Positions 28,020 through 41,262 of a DNA stretch of 64,000 nt are shown piece after piece. This DNA comes from the human T2T-CHM13v2.0 reference genome, Homo sapiens. Numbering within the stretch: position 1 is the first letter of the stretch; each line of letters begins with the position of its first letter. The position numbers were made by a program, and so were the translations under genes. Location: the NCBI RefSeq assembly GCF_009914755.1, contig NC_060935.1; one strand, given 5' to 3'. Below the pieces are notes generated by a model, which saw only the letters and a program-made list of their open reading frames with translations, was not told the origin of the DNA and did not search any database.

Positions 28020-28270
28020 TCAATTAAACTAATATTTACTGCAGGCCTACCATGTGCCTGATGCTAAGCCCGCAAAACAAGCACCTTGAATTAAGGAGTT
28101 TATGTGTGAGTCAGTCAACACAAAACAGTTTCTTCGGAGCTGAAATAGAGCTATGTAAAGAAGGAAGAATAGAAATTAACTAATTTTGCCTGGGATAGGA
28201 GGGATCCACCGAGGAGATTATACTAGTACATAATTTTGAAAGTCAAATAAGGGTTCTCCTCTGGGACCAC
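28020..28270 (-). mobile_element. L2 3' fragment
   Basis: aatatttactgcaggcctaccatgtgcctgatgct. Confidence 0.6.
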
Positions 28271-28691
28271 TTAGAACATGGCAGAGGAGAAAAATTTCCA
28301 TTCCAAGAAAACCTGTCTGCACCCAATGACAGAGTTTGCATTCTCCCAAGACAATATAAATATTGAGAAGAGTGGTCATGCACTTGAGAGGCTGTACATT
28401 TTAATGGAAAAAGTGCTGGACATTAGCCTTCTGGGCAAGTCACTTAACCTCCTTGGACTGTAGTTGAGTGTTGAAACTTGGAATCTCAAAGTTCCCTTTT
28501 AAATCTAGCATTCAATGGTTGTGTCAAGATCCAGGACTACAGAGCTAGAAAGATTCTTACCCATCCTATCTGTCTTTCTCAAGATAGGGAGGAAGAGCAC
28601 AAACCACACTGATTATAAAAACCCTTTCAGAATATCAATGTCAAGGGCCTCTCCATCCATGGAAAGAACCAGTTACCCTTTAGCCTCCACA

Positions 28692-29020
28692 ACAGCAATG
28701 TCTAAAAAAAATATAATAAGAACCACAAATGAGAGCCATATATGTAATTTTAAATTTTCTAGTAGCCACATTGAAAAAAGTGGAAAAAAAGAGGTAAGAT
28801 CAATTTTAATACTACATTTTATATAAACTAAAATATACAAAATATTGTCAATTCAACATATAATCAAAGATAAAGATTAATGAGATACTTCATTTTTTCA
28901 TACTAAATCTTCAAAATTCAATGTGTTTTTTACACTTACAATGCATCTCAGTTCAGACTACCAATACCTCAAGTGCTCAACAGCCACATGTGTCCAGTCG
29001 TTACTCTATCAGACAGTACG
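28692..29020. mobile_element. MER33 hAT-Charlie element
   Basis: atatgtaattttaaattttctagtagccacatt...caagtgctcaacagccacatgtg...gacag. Confidence 0.85.
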
Positions 29021-29324
29021 ACTCAAGTGTGTGTCTTCAGAAGCTGCTGGATAGCCCTAGGGACATCCATATTTCTCTTCCACATGAGGGTTTAGACTTG
29101 AAATTTATTGTTATGGCTGAATTTGATACAGATTTTTAAGGCTTTGATTCTCAGAAAGTTTCCCCTGTGAGTAGTAACATTGCCCTTATTTAGACCTCAT
29201 CGGAAAGAAAGACTGGGAATTAGTTTTCACATTATGTTGTGGGGAAGGGTGGGACATCACTGAGAAAAGAAGGAATCTACCATTGAATCAGATTTTTTTT
29301 ATGTATAAGACACCATGGAGGGCT

Positions 29325-29484
29325 TGTAAGATGGGATGCTAATGTCTATCATATAAACAAAGATTTTGTTGAAAAACATATGTTGAAAGCATATTTCAAC
29401 ATATAAGCACTTATATGCTTTCAACATATAAGTTTTTCAACAAAATCTTTGTTTATATGATCGACATTAGTATCCCATCTTACA
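29325..29484. repeat. Near-perfect inverted repeat (70/72-bp arms, 18-nt spacer)
   Basis: Arm 29325-29394 versus the reverse complement of 29413-29484: 2 substitutions and one 2-nt indel. Confidence 0.95.
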
Positions 29485-29600
29485 GTTGAAGAAACAAAGG
29501 CTAAGACTGGCTAAATAACTAGCTCATGATCACACAGCTGGTAAGAGGTAGAAATAAATTCAAACCTAGGGCTATAAGACTTAAGCGGCAGGGTTACTAA
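29400..29600 (-). mobile_element. MIR (its left part forms the right arm of the inverted repeat)
   Basis: tatcccatcttacagttgaagaaacaaaggct...gatcacacagctggtaag...attcaaacctagg. Confidence 0.8.
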
Positions 29601-29939
29601 AGCTAACTCTACTTGTTCACATGTAATTCCACAGCAATCATGGTCTGAATAGTCCAGAAACCTGAAATTTCTTTTCTCGTCTTTGAAACCCTGCATCGAT
29701 GCACCTTTTAACCAGCCTGAGCTAAATCTTTCCTAAATAGTATTTGAGGTTTCTCTCTGTTCCTGCTCTTCCTTAGCTAAGCTACAAAACCGTTCTTGCT
29801 CATTTCTTTACAAGATTACTGAATCAAAACAAATTCCAGTATCTTTCCCTTGATCTTTAAACAGAGGGGTAATGTTTCCACTCTTTTTAATTATCATAGC
29901 TTTTATATAAACTCTCAGAAAGAAAAGTCTGCAGTTCTG

Positions 29940-30115
29940 GAAGACAGAATTGTGTGTATAGAAAGACTAGCTTTGCCATTTTCTTGCTATGTGACTTTGG
30001 GTATGCTAATTTGCGTTTCTAAGTTTCAGTTTTAGAGTCTGTTTAGTGGGGGCAGTAACCCTCACCTGACAGGTTTTAATCATGATTAAAATAAATAAAA
30101 ATTAAGAAATTTCTA
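29940..30115 (+). mobile_element. MIR
   Basis: gctatgtgactttgggtatgctaatttgcgtttctaagtttcagtttt. Confidence 0.65.
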
Positions 30116-31207
30116 GCATGCAAAAAGCAATCATTGAGTACATTCTTTTCTTCTGCAATTTCTTCTGGTCATCTACGGCCCAATTATGTACTACTGCTCT
30201 TTTGACCCATTTTGATAGGTGGCCTCTTCCCCAGGAGTAGTGTCTATCTATCCGAATAGGCTCAGTAAGAATTATACATGGAAACAGGATCTCAGGGCTT
30301 TCACTACTCAGTGAAATTGCAGTGAACAAGATAGACATTTTATGTGCGTTTTTCCTCTGGAGGATATATTACCCCTTAAGTTAAGACTATATCAAAAATA
30401 TTCTGCCCAGGATGTTCCCATGAGATTTGATGGCACTGACCATCCCCCGCATACCCAGCCAAATCCCTACATCCTGCCTCTGGCCATTTTGGTTTTACAG
30501 GCTCTGCAGATTGTGCTGCACTCCAGGGAACATGGCTTTGTTTAGCCCTGAAGGAGGGGATAATGAGGGAAGAGGTGAGAATCACCTAGTGCTGTAAAAA
30601 TCAATGTTATTGACTGCTGGACAAAAGGAAAAGGAAAACAGCCTTGCTGACTGCAGTGGACTGGAAGGAAGGGAGGAAATTGGAGGTGGGCAGCAGATCT
30701 TCCTAATGAGAATGGGCAGACATCCCTGACTGAGTGATTAAAGATCAACCGCCTTGTCTAACCAACCTCTACCCTCCTTCAGCCTCTACTGCTCCAATCA
30801 TTTCTGCAAAACTATCTTCCAAATTGTTTATAAGAATGAAAACAATGTTTTAGGCCTAAGGGAAAAAGTAAGTGCTATACTGGTGAAGCTTCAATTTTTC
30901 TTTAATGTATTTTGAATTTTTCTTATCTGCTATTTTCATTACCTGAATTTTTTTCTTGAACTAGTCAAATGCTTTCCTAGAAATTTGTATTATAAAATTT
31001 TTTAGACAGAATGATTTTTTTTACTTCAAATCAAATTAACTTTAATAAATAAAAATTTAATAATTCATTATTACCCATTACAGACAGACACAAATAACAT
31101 TTCTTATTAATGACTCTGGCCCTTGTACAGAATACAGTGTTTAGCCCATAAGAGAGACTCAATTAATGTTTACTTTTAACAAATGAACTGGAAAAGATAT
31201 AGAATTT

Positions 31208-31338
31208 GGCCAGGAGCAGTGGCTCACGCCTATAATCCCAGCTGTCAGGGAGGCAGAGGCAGGAGGATAGTTTGAGCCCAGGAGTTCGAGACCTGCCTGG
31301 GCAATATAGCGAGATTCCCTTCCACAAAAAGGAAGAAA

Positions 31339-31375
<37 letters not shown>
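31208..31375 (+). mobile_element. Alu left monomer (FLAM) with an (AAC)12 tail
   Basis: Single arm starting ggccaggagcagtggctc; TSD agata(t/c)agaatt at 31195-31206 and 31376-31387. Confidence 0.92.
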
Positions 31376-31376
<1 letters not shown>

Positions 31377-32720
31377 GATACAGAATTCACATTCTGGTAA
31401 AGAAAAGCAGATATAAACATCTCCAAAACAAGGGATATACTAGTGTTACACTAGGAATGCAAAGTGTATTAAGTGTTACACTAGAAGTACAAAGTAATAA
31501 ATGTATAGAAAACAAAGAAGTTCCATGTTAGAGAAGAAACTAGATGGCAGGGTCTGGAAGGACAAGACAATTATTATGTAGAGGAAAGGAAAGGTAAATA
31601 TTTTTCTGTACTGAAGTGACAGATTAAGCAAAAGCAATTAGAATGAAAAATAATTATTAATATTTTTATAATATTCTAGAATTCACAAAGTAATCCCACA
31701 TGTTATATTGTTTATGCTTCATAACAACCCAATAAGGTGCAATGTTAATACTTTGTTGTTTTAAGGCATCTTTCTTGGACAGAAAAGATTATGTGGAGCT
31801 CTTTCCCTTGTGAAATTCATATTTAATTTGTAAAGTTATAAATTCAAAAGCCTACATGTTGCTTAACTTTTAAATTTTAATTCATAATTGTACTGTTTTA
31901 CTTATAAACCTATCAAGTTTTTTACAATCATCATTAAGGGAGTTTTATGACTTAATTATATCCCATTAAATATTTTAACCTGTATTTATAAATTTAATAT
32001 ATTAAAATTTTAAAAGCATTTTATCTAAACAACAAAAAACTTCTCAATTATTTGAATCATTCTTTTAAATCTAATAAATATTAATAAAACAAAGTGTGAA
32101 CATTTTAAGCTTTTTTACATGCTCCAATACAACTTACAAATGAATAAGGTTTTAAAATATCCTTAATCTTAAAATTGCAAGTCAAAATCAATTCCTTGAC
32201 ATCCAAACACCAATCTGTTAAATGTTCTAATCTGGCAAATTATCTTTAAAAACACAAATATATATAAATCCAAATGTGTACAAATATCTTAACATAAAAA
32301 TATTAATTAAAAAGTTTACTTTCCTCCATTATTCTGTAATTAATCTAAATCTTTTCAGGATTAGTGACCTCTATGCACCAAAGAAACAATTAATGCAAAC
32401 TTTGTGATTGCTTTCCCAAGCAATTTGGGGAGTGGTTATATTTAGATGATTACTATTGTATATTACGTAGAGGTCTTGGCTGGGAGATATATAACTGCCG
32501 ATACTGCAGTTAATTTTTTTCATCTCCTCAACTGTAAGACTAAGCATCATTTTATCATCAATATCCCAAAATTTTACAAAGGAGTTAGGTCCTAGCCCAT
32601 GTTCTTGGGATCCAAAGTATACCATAAGGAAATGTTCAGCTACATAAGCCAGTTTGAGATAACCACCAAATTTAAAGCTAACCTTCACTGCTTCAGTTAA
32701 CATTTCCTTGGCTTTCACAA

Positions 32721-33036
32721 TTTATTTATTTATTTATTTATTTATTTTAAGACGGAGTCTCACTCTGTCGCCCAGGCTGGAGCACAGCGGCGCGATCTCG
32801 ATCTCGGCTCACTGCAAGCGCCACCTCCTGGGTTCACGCCATTCTCCTGCCTCAGCCTCCCGAGTAGGTGAGCCTACAGGCACCCGCCACCACGCCCGGC
32901 TACTTTTTTGTATTTTTTGGTAGAGACAGGGTTTCACCGTGTTAGCCAGGATGGTCTCGATCTCCTGATCTTGTGATCCGCCCGCCTGGGCCTCCCAAAG
33001 TGCTGGGATTACCGGCGTGAGCCACTGCTCCCGGCC
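32721..33036 (-). mobile_element. AluY with a (TAAA)n tail
   Basis: AluY diagnostics ggttcacgccattctcc and caccgtgttagccaggatggtctcgatctcc; small internal duplication gatctc. Confidence 0.95.
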
Positions 33037-33289
33037 TTTACTGAAATATTTTAACATCTTCTGAATGAATCTTGCATATATCTGGGGCTTTTTTTGTCTA
33101 AAGCCTTGCTCATGATACAAGGTAGATTCTTATCATTACTAATCATTTCAATTACACCATCTTGAAATTAAGCATCAGAAAAACTGATTTCCTCACCTAG
33201 AAGCATTGCAGACTACTTTGTAAATGGAGATGACGGATTTTCAACCCAGGCTTTCTACCAAACACCCCAGTTTTTCCACATCTCCTATA

Positions 33290-33760
33290 TGGCGTGAGCC
33301 GTGGATGGGAAGTATAGCTGGAATTGATTCTGGCTGTGTGGACTGAATGAGGTTACAGTAGGTCTCGCAGAAGGTAATGATGGAAAGTGACTGAGGCCAT
33401 CATGAGGATGAAAATTTTGAAGGCAGTGAGAAACACATAAGCTCTTGAACAGAGAAATGGATGGCCAGTTCTTATCTGTATTTAACAAAAATAAGTCTGG
33501 TGCCAATATGGGGAGGACAAATTTGGAGAGGACAGAGGGAGATTAGGGAAGCCAGTCACAATGTTTCCCGGGGCAACACAGTGAGAAAAAATGAGAGCCT
33601 CCACTGAGGAAAGGAGAGGCAGAAAGAGACAAAGTCGAAGAAATTACAGGTAGATTCTACAGGATTTGTGGATTAATTAGCTCTCCATGGTCTCTGGAGA
33701 GTAAAAATGATTTCAATGTTTTCAATCTAAGTGCCTGGGAGAATAGTGATAGTAAGAAAA
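33290..33760 (-). mobile_element. L2 fragment
   Basis: GA-rich reverse L2 body. Confidence 0.6.
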
Positions 33761-34104
33761 TTGTCTGGTTGGCTTCTGTTTAAAAGAATCATTAAAACCC
33801 CAGCTCAAAGCCATTATTTGGCAGGACTGGGTGTTGAGACAATGTTAGGAGACTAGCTAGAGAAACTTTTGCATGAAGTATGTATTTTTTCCCCTGTTAG
33901 AACTACAATGGCAATTATCCTTTTGAAATTCAGACTCACCATATATATTTTTTTCCCAACTGCATCTCATCTCAAAGCTATTCCAAGGTTACACTTGAAA
34001 GCTTTCTAACCTCTGCTGAAAAGTAATGGTCCAAGAAAAACAATGCTTTCAGTCCCTGCTTACCTGTATTTATTTACTTTTCAAAAAGAGAATAAAAAAG
34101 CTTC

Positions 34105-34380
34105 CCTATTATGCAGCCACTTTAAAAAGAAGCCTATGAATAATTATTAATGACATGATTCTTATCTTATCACATAGTATGAGCAAGAACACATGACAAA
34201 TAATACATCTTAATCCAATAGACATGCATTCATATACATATATATAGGATAAAAGAATATACATTTCTATATATGAATAGCAAGGATATGAAGAAGTATA
34301 CATTTTTGTCATTTTCTGTACTTCTATAATTTCTATAATAAACATGTATTACTTTTATAATGTTAAAAACATTGAAAAAT
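34105..34380 (+). mobile_element. L1ME 3' end
   Basis: atgcagccactttaaaaag...tttctataataaacatgtattacttttataat. Confidence 0.65.
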
Positions 34381-35289
34381 ATAATGTATTCTGACCCACT
34401 TAAAACTGATTCATTAGTTTACTTTTCCTAACGAGTCTGAAAAAGTGCAGTTCATAAATTAGTCAACTAAACATCCAACACAAATGCAAAGGGCTCTTTT
34501 ATTTGCGCCAAGATTCAGAGGTCCATTTCAGAAATCTCCCTTACTCCCTCCCATCCAGGCTCACTGTAAACTCCTTTGGGCCAGTTTCCTCTTCCAATGT
34601 AAGTACTCCTTGAAAAATGAATTAGACACTTTTAAAATAAATAAATGTATGTGTACCTTTTTAAAGTTGTAAATCTAGTTATACCTATAGAAATAAATAA
34701 CAAATAAATTTAAAAACTCAAAATAAGCCTCCCACTAGTCATCTAACTTTCATTTTAAAGAAAGGTATTCCCTTGGCTTCTTTCAAATTCTGCCTATTTT
34801 GAAAGTGCCAAAGTCTACACAGAAAGAAAAAACAAAACCTCCAGCTGAAATTTGAGAAATATTTAAGGCCAGACCCTCCCATGGTCAAATGACTTTTTAT
34901 TTTATTGTCTACTTTTCTCTTGTCAATTCTCAAGAGCTAGGTTCCCCAAGACACAGTACAATATCACTTCATCGTGGGGAGTTTTATTATCATATTCACT
35001 GCATTAATACTAAGTGCAGATATTAGCAAATAGATTTCTTTCAACGGATGCTCAAACTTCAATTTGTTATGAAGTCTTCTAAGTATAAGCACCCCAACCC
35101 TGACCCCAGATCCATGGGAGAATATAGGTTATCAGGCCCATAAGAATTCTTCTGGTCCCTGGCTAATGAAAGAAACTGTGACACACTCAAGTCAGGGGAA
35201 CCTAAGTCTAATAAGGGTGAGGAATGCCCAATGAAGTCATCAAAACCAAATGGATGCAAAGCAGTCCTTTCGAGGCACTGGCCTGTCCT

Positions 35290-35510
35290 AAGCATTGGTG
35301 CCTGAGCCTAGCATTTATTGTGGTTTCACCAGTTACTTGCTGTGAGGCCCGGAACAAGGCTCTAAACCTCCATGGCCCAGTCCTTTCACATGTAAAAATA
35401 GGTTTAATAGAAAACTTTCTCTTGGGGTTATTGTGAAGATGAAATGAGTGATGTACACAGTGCCTGACTCATCATAAATACTAAACAAACATTAGTTATT
35501 ATTATTAAGA
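35290..35510 (+). mobile_element. MIR
   Basis: tgtaaaaatagg...ttattgtgaagatgaaatgag...acagtgcctgactcatc. Confidence 0.75.
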
Positions 35511-36387
35511 ATATTGAGGTATGTAAGTGGGTAGGCTAAATCCCAAAGGCCAGGGACAGGGAAGTAAGCACCGATCTATGAATTCCCAGATGAATATGCT
35601 AATCGGCAAATGAACCAGGCTATATGGAGAAGCCCTAGTGTTGGCTTCTTAGTGTTGTCTGACTGTTGTAATTCATCATCTTTTCATTTGCATATTCCTA
35701 ATTGAGGTTGTATTTTTCTTAAGGCAGGGAACATGTTACAGTGTTATTCAAATTATGAGTTATGACCCATTCTACACCCCTTCAAAGTCAATAAAGAAGG
35801 TTAATGAAGGAATCTTTTAAGCGGGTCAATATGAATTGTATTTCCCCCCCCATTATTTTTCTGATTATAATACATTTAATCTTGACCAACATTATAAAAA
35901 AGAAAGAAATTGTTAAAAGTTGGAACGGAAAATATCACAATGCATAACTTTTGCTAAAGGAGGTATTGCTTTTTAAAACATACTGAGTTGCAATTTTAAA
36001 TTTATTTCTTGCTGCATGTTGCAATCCAGCATTTGGAAAATCTTTGGGTCTATATGTTACTTAAACAACTATTAACACATAGCAATTTCTGAACACACTT
36101 GAGAATTCCAAACATATGCTATATGACAGTGTTTTCCAAACTTGTCTTATGAATGGTTTACCTAGGGTCATTTTCAGATTCCCAGGCTGCTTTCCTAAGA
36201 TTCTGATGCTGGAAACATACTATCATAATGAACATTAGAGAGGAAATTAATTAGAGATTAATTAATTAATCTTAATTTTTCATTAGAGAGGAAACTCTCC
36301 TTGTTGTGCATCTATTCTTATTTGGTGGTAACACATCCAGTCCAAAGAGGTACTTTATAAAATATTTCCAGCTTTCTGAACGGCTAA

Positions 36388-36505
36388 CATTCATTCATTC
36401 AGTCCATTATTTTCAAATATTTATTAATCATTTGTCATGTGCAAGGCAATGTGTACAAAAATACATATAAGAGACACAGTTCCTGCCCTCAAGTAGCTTA
36501 TAGTT
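36388..36505 (-). mobile_element. L2 3' fragment
   Basis: cattcattcattc...caaatatttatt...gttcctgccctcaagtagcttatag. Confidence 0.75.
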
Positions 36506-36644
36506 GACTCATTTAAGAACTAGGGCAGCATCCCCTGAGGATCAGAAGAACTGAGACCAAAAGAAAAGGAAGTCATGAACGTATACATATGACTCAAATC
36601 TAGGGTAACCTACCTTCTAAAAATGTTCAGAGGATTAAGAAGCA

Positions 36645-36994
<350 letters not shown>

Positions 36995-37129
36995 TTATCA
37001 AAGTATTTTTCTCTAATTAATACAGCAGAGCTGAAAACCCACACACCACACCTAAGGAGGACTCAATATCAGTGTCGAAAAAGACAAGAAGATAGATATC
37101 AAAAATTATAATTATATACAGAATTGAAC

Positions 37130-37812
37130 AACTTGTCCCCAGTCCCACTGGCACCCATCTGATCTAAGTTTTCAACATATTTCCCCTGGATTACTGCAGG
37201 AACTTCTACCTGGTCTCTCTGCTCCTGCCCTTGCTCCCTTAAAGTCTCTTTTCAACATAGCAACCTGAGTGATCCTATTTAAATGTTAGCTAAATGATGT
37301 GACCCTTCCGTTCAAAACACAGCTGGCTTCCCATCTCACTGGGAAAGTCCTACACGATCTTTTCACTGTGACATGCTCTTGACCTTTCTCTCTTCAGCCA
37401 CACTGGCTTCTTAGATGTTCCCTAAAATGCCAGGCAGGCTTCTAGCTCAGCGCCTTTGCATGTGCACTTTCTGCTACCTTTTCCAACATGTATATTTTGT
37501 TTATGTGTTTTAGGTCTTTACTCCAAGCCATATTCTCAGTGAGACCTTCACTAACCATCTTATCTAAAACTCTAAACCAACCCATCCCCCAATGCACACT
37601 TCCAATATCCTTCCATGATTTTTTGACTTAGCACTTATCACTATGTACTATGTATTTTACTTAACTGTCTTATGTTCTACCTACCTCACTAGCAATAAGT
37701 TCTATGAGGGTAGAGATTATTGTCTGTTTTATTTTACCCTTTATTTATAACACCTAGGTCTGTGCCTGACCCGTAATAGGTACTATATCAAATATTTGGT
37801 GAAGGATGAACG
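37130..37812 (+). mobile_element. L2a 3' region
   Basis: ctggattactgcagg...gagaccttcactaacc...tgtgcctgacccgtaataggtact...atatttggtgaaggatgaa. Confidence 0.85.
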
Positions 37813-38029
37813 CAGAATACAAAAGAAAGCCTCAGGCCTGACTCTGGCCAACATGTATTAGAAAGAAGCCAAGAAAAGGAATGGCAAGGTCATGCTATGT
37901 AAGACATATGCAATTTTATTGTTTACTTAATTCCTTACCTAATTTTAAAAAAAGATTTGAGATGTCTGTAACATATTCATTGTAGTTTTCATATCTATAT
38001 TATCTATTTAGGTAGATTGCTAAAAAGGT

Positions 38030-38260
38030 TTCCAGTGGAACAGACTTGGTTTAGAAGGTGACTTCACTGGCACTTAATATTTGTAATATTAGGCAAGTTA
38101 TTTGTGTTCTCTAAACTTTAGTTTCCTCATATATAAAATAATAATGATCAAAATGCATAAATCTTAGGTCATTGGGAAGCATTTTGAGAAAATACATTCA
38201 AACTTGTTGATGTAGTCTAGGGTCCATACTAAGAGTTTGACAAATGGTAGCTATTATTGT
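38030..38260 (+). mobile_element. MIR
   Basis: ggcaagttatttgtgttctctaaactttagtttcctcatatataaaat...aaatggtagctattatt. Confidence 0.8.
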
Positions 38261-39469
38261 TATTGTTCAATGTGCTGTTTTATCCTTTACTTATTAACTC
38301 CTTGTTTAATTTTTTAAGTTTTGAGTTAATGGGCTTTGTTAGAAATTGTAAATCTAACACGTTAAGTAGGCTTAGATATTATAAACCCAATATACCAAAT
38401 TGGTGTCCAAATGGCTCACAACCATTTGGAGACCATACTAAAGGAGTCCAGTAAGGAACTAATACGTTATAGGTATCCTAAAAGAGATAGTTATTCAACT
38501 GGAACCCTAAGAGGTACCATCTCTGACTTGTTATGAGCCATAGGTGTTACTCGAACTGTCCATACATTGTGATTCATAATTCCAAGTCCTGCCTACAACA
38601 AATTATGTGTTTATTAAAAGCATCAATATGTGGGACACATCATAGGATCTAGCAAAGAGTAGGTGTCAGCAGCATAAGGAGACAGAGTTTCTGGAAGTTT
38701 CCCTTTCAATTAGTCCACTGATCATTTTTTGAATTCCTAAATATAAATAAACTGTAAGGAAAAAATCAAGAAAATAGTTTATAGTTCCTGTCTTCAAAAT
38801 TCTTAAAATTTAGTTGGGGTGAGGGCAATACCCAAACATAAGCAAAATTAACTACCAGTATAAAATAATAATGCAAGTTATGATATAAGGCAGTATAAGA
38901 TGTATTGCCATAAATGATGGAGAAATTGTACTAAGTCAAAGGAGAGATAAAGCACTGGAGTTAGTGTGACTGGGTTCCAGTTCTTCGAAGATAGATATAG
39001 ACACCCTGTACTGTTTATTAAAGGAAGGACAGAATTTAGACAAATATGGTCAATGCAGAGAAAGGATTCCCATCACAGGAAAACAACTCTAGAAAATGAT
39101 CGGGGCAGAGAGGGTGGGGTGTTTGGAAAAGAGCAATTTCACTGAATAAACCTGGTGAAAATTAGCATGATAAATGTCTGAATTCTAGAGTGTTTAGGCT
39201 TCAATAAATTGTTTTAGTGTGAATTATTGACTCCCTCCAAACTAGCTGTACAACCTGGCTGAGCAGATCCAAAAGAGTATGTGACTTAGTGTAAGTGGTT
39301 TGCGATTGGCAAATCCAGTACTATTCAAACTGAAGCCTATATGACTTCAAAGGCTATGAGGTTTTTTCTTCCTTTTTTTCTTTCTCTCAAAATAATTTAA
39401 CCAGCATTAAGATAAACAAATAATCTGAAAAGAAGCTGAGTGAATAAAAAAGAAATGTGAGATTCGCTT

Positions 39470-39600
39470 AATGCATTCATTTAAAGCATCTCTTGAGTAC
39501 CTACTGTGTACTTAGCATTGTTCTTTGTGCTGATGATATAAAGGTGAACAAAACAACTAGAACTCCAGGTTCCATGGAGCTAACATGTGAATATGCATAT
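39470..39600 (-). mobile_element. L2 3' fragment
   Basis: ttgagtacctactgtgtacttagcattgttct...ccatggagcta. Confidence 0.7.
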
Positions 39601-39799
39601 ATGTCATTGTGATGGTTATTATGGTGGGACAGGAAATATTATACCTAAATGTGTTTCTAATTAATTATAGCCATATTTTAATTGAGCCCAATTTCTAATG
39701 TGATTCTTATTGAAGGCAACTCTGAAGCCTTACTGCTACTTGGTGGTCTTCATTTTCTCAATGATGAGTTAATTTGATTGAGTTATTACTATAGTCTAA

Positions 39800-39990
39800 G
39801 AACTTTTTATAGGGTTCACATGCCTTATCTAACTTACTGCTTATAACAGCTAAGAGCTATTATTAAACCTTTTTTACAGATGAGAAAAAACTAAACTTTC
39901 TTAAGCTATGCAATAAATGGGGAAGACAAGTTCAAAGTAGTTCTTTTGAAATCCCAAAAATCCATGCTTTAAAACCATTCTGTTACACTC
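39800..39990 (-). mobile_element. MIR
   Basis: ttttacagatgagaaaaaact core. Confidence 0.65.
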
Positions 39991-40779
39991 TTTTTCTTAA
40001 AAGTTATTGTATTTACGCTCAGTAAATTTTAAAAATAAAGGAGCAGAATTCTTGAATTTATGCAGTAGGCAGCAGGATTTACTCTAAAGAGTAGTAAGTC
40101 AACGCTCAAGAGACTCTGCTTCTGACACACTGTGGAAAAGAGTAACTAGTCATTGCCTCTCTCTACCTTAGTTTTCTTACCTGTGCTATAGGTCTAATAC
40201 TTGCAATTCATATTTCAGGGATTGTGGGTTTGTGAGTGTACATGTGGGTATGTTTGTAGTAGCAATGAAAAAAGGGAAATAGTGCGATGAGGAAGATAAA
40301 GTTATTTAGAAAATTATCGTCAGTATCATTACCTTCAAAAATTGATCCATTTCCAAAGACAAAATGATACAGACATCTGATGCAACAAGCTTCCTGCATA
40401 TTTTCTCATTAAAGAGGCACTTTTCCTATAATATAGACAATTTCAGATGGAAACTGAACTGTGTACGTGATGATCACATTGCTTCTTTTTAGTGAGTAGA
40501 CTAAAACTAAATTGTATTTTGTAAAACTAAATCATATTTTGTAAAAAGTTAAAATAAAAACCCAAGCCAATGTAATGTGAACCTTTATCAAACTCTATTT
40601 AAAACTAACAAGAAAACACAGGACATAAATAATGGACATTGATTAGAAGTTTTCATTCATTTCATTTCCTTCTGTTGAAAGCTCTCCTTCTAGAAAATAG
40701 GTAGCAAAGTAAAACAATTTACAAAGTGTTAGATTGTGATGACCACTCAGTCAATTCAAGCAGCATTGGTTTATCTTTC

Positions 40780-41262
40780 TTTTATGATTTACCCATTATT
40801 TCACTCTTCAGCCTTGTAAGAACCCATGTTCTAACCATTTCAAACTATTTGCAGCTCTTTGAAGTGCTCTGCTTCTTAGCTCCATGCTTTTGCCACTCCC
40901 TTTACCCAGCATGCCTTCCTTACTCCAAGATGCTTGGCAGAAGTCCATTAGCTGTCAAGATTCAACTTAAAAGTGACCTCACAGCAAAACCTTTCTTGAT
41001 TAGTCCAGGTAAAATTAGCCTGTGATTTTGTTTGTTTGTTTTGTTTGCTTGTTTCTTTCTCCTACAACAAACCCTGCATAGATGTCCATTATGGGTCAGA
41101 AATACTTCAAAGCATTTATTTGTTTATAGTCTGTGTCTTTTTCCGACTGGAAGCTTCTTAAAAGCAAGCACTGTTTCTATCTATCCTAGTTTCCAAGACT
41201 CTAACATAGTGCATAAATCATAGATGTCATTCAAAAAATTGTAATAGATGAATGAATAAATG
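40780..41262 (+). mobile_element. L2 3' region
   Basis: caagattcaacttaaaagtgacctc...gactggaagcttc...gatgaatgaataaatg. Confidence 0.7.

Noticed and set aside
3140-36600. About ten scattered AP-1 (TGAGTCA/TGACTCA) motifs
   Set aside because: Number close to chance expectation for a 7-mer; not clustered.
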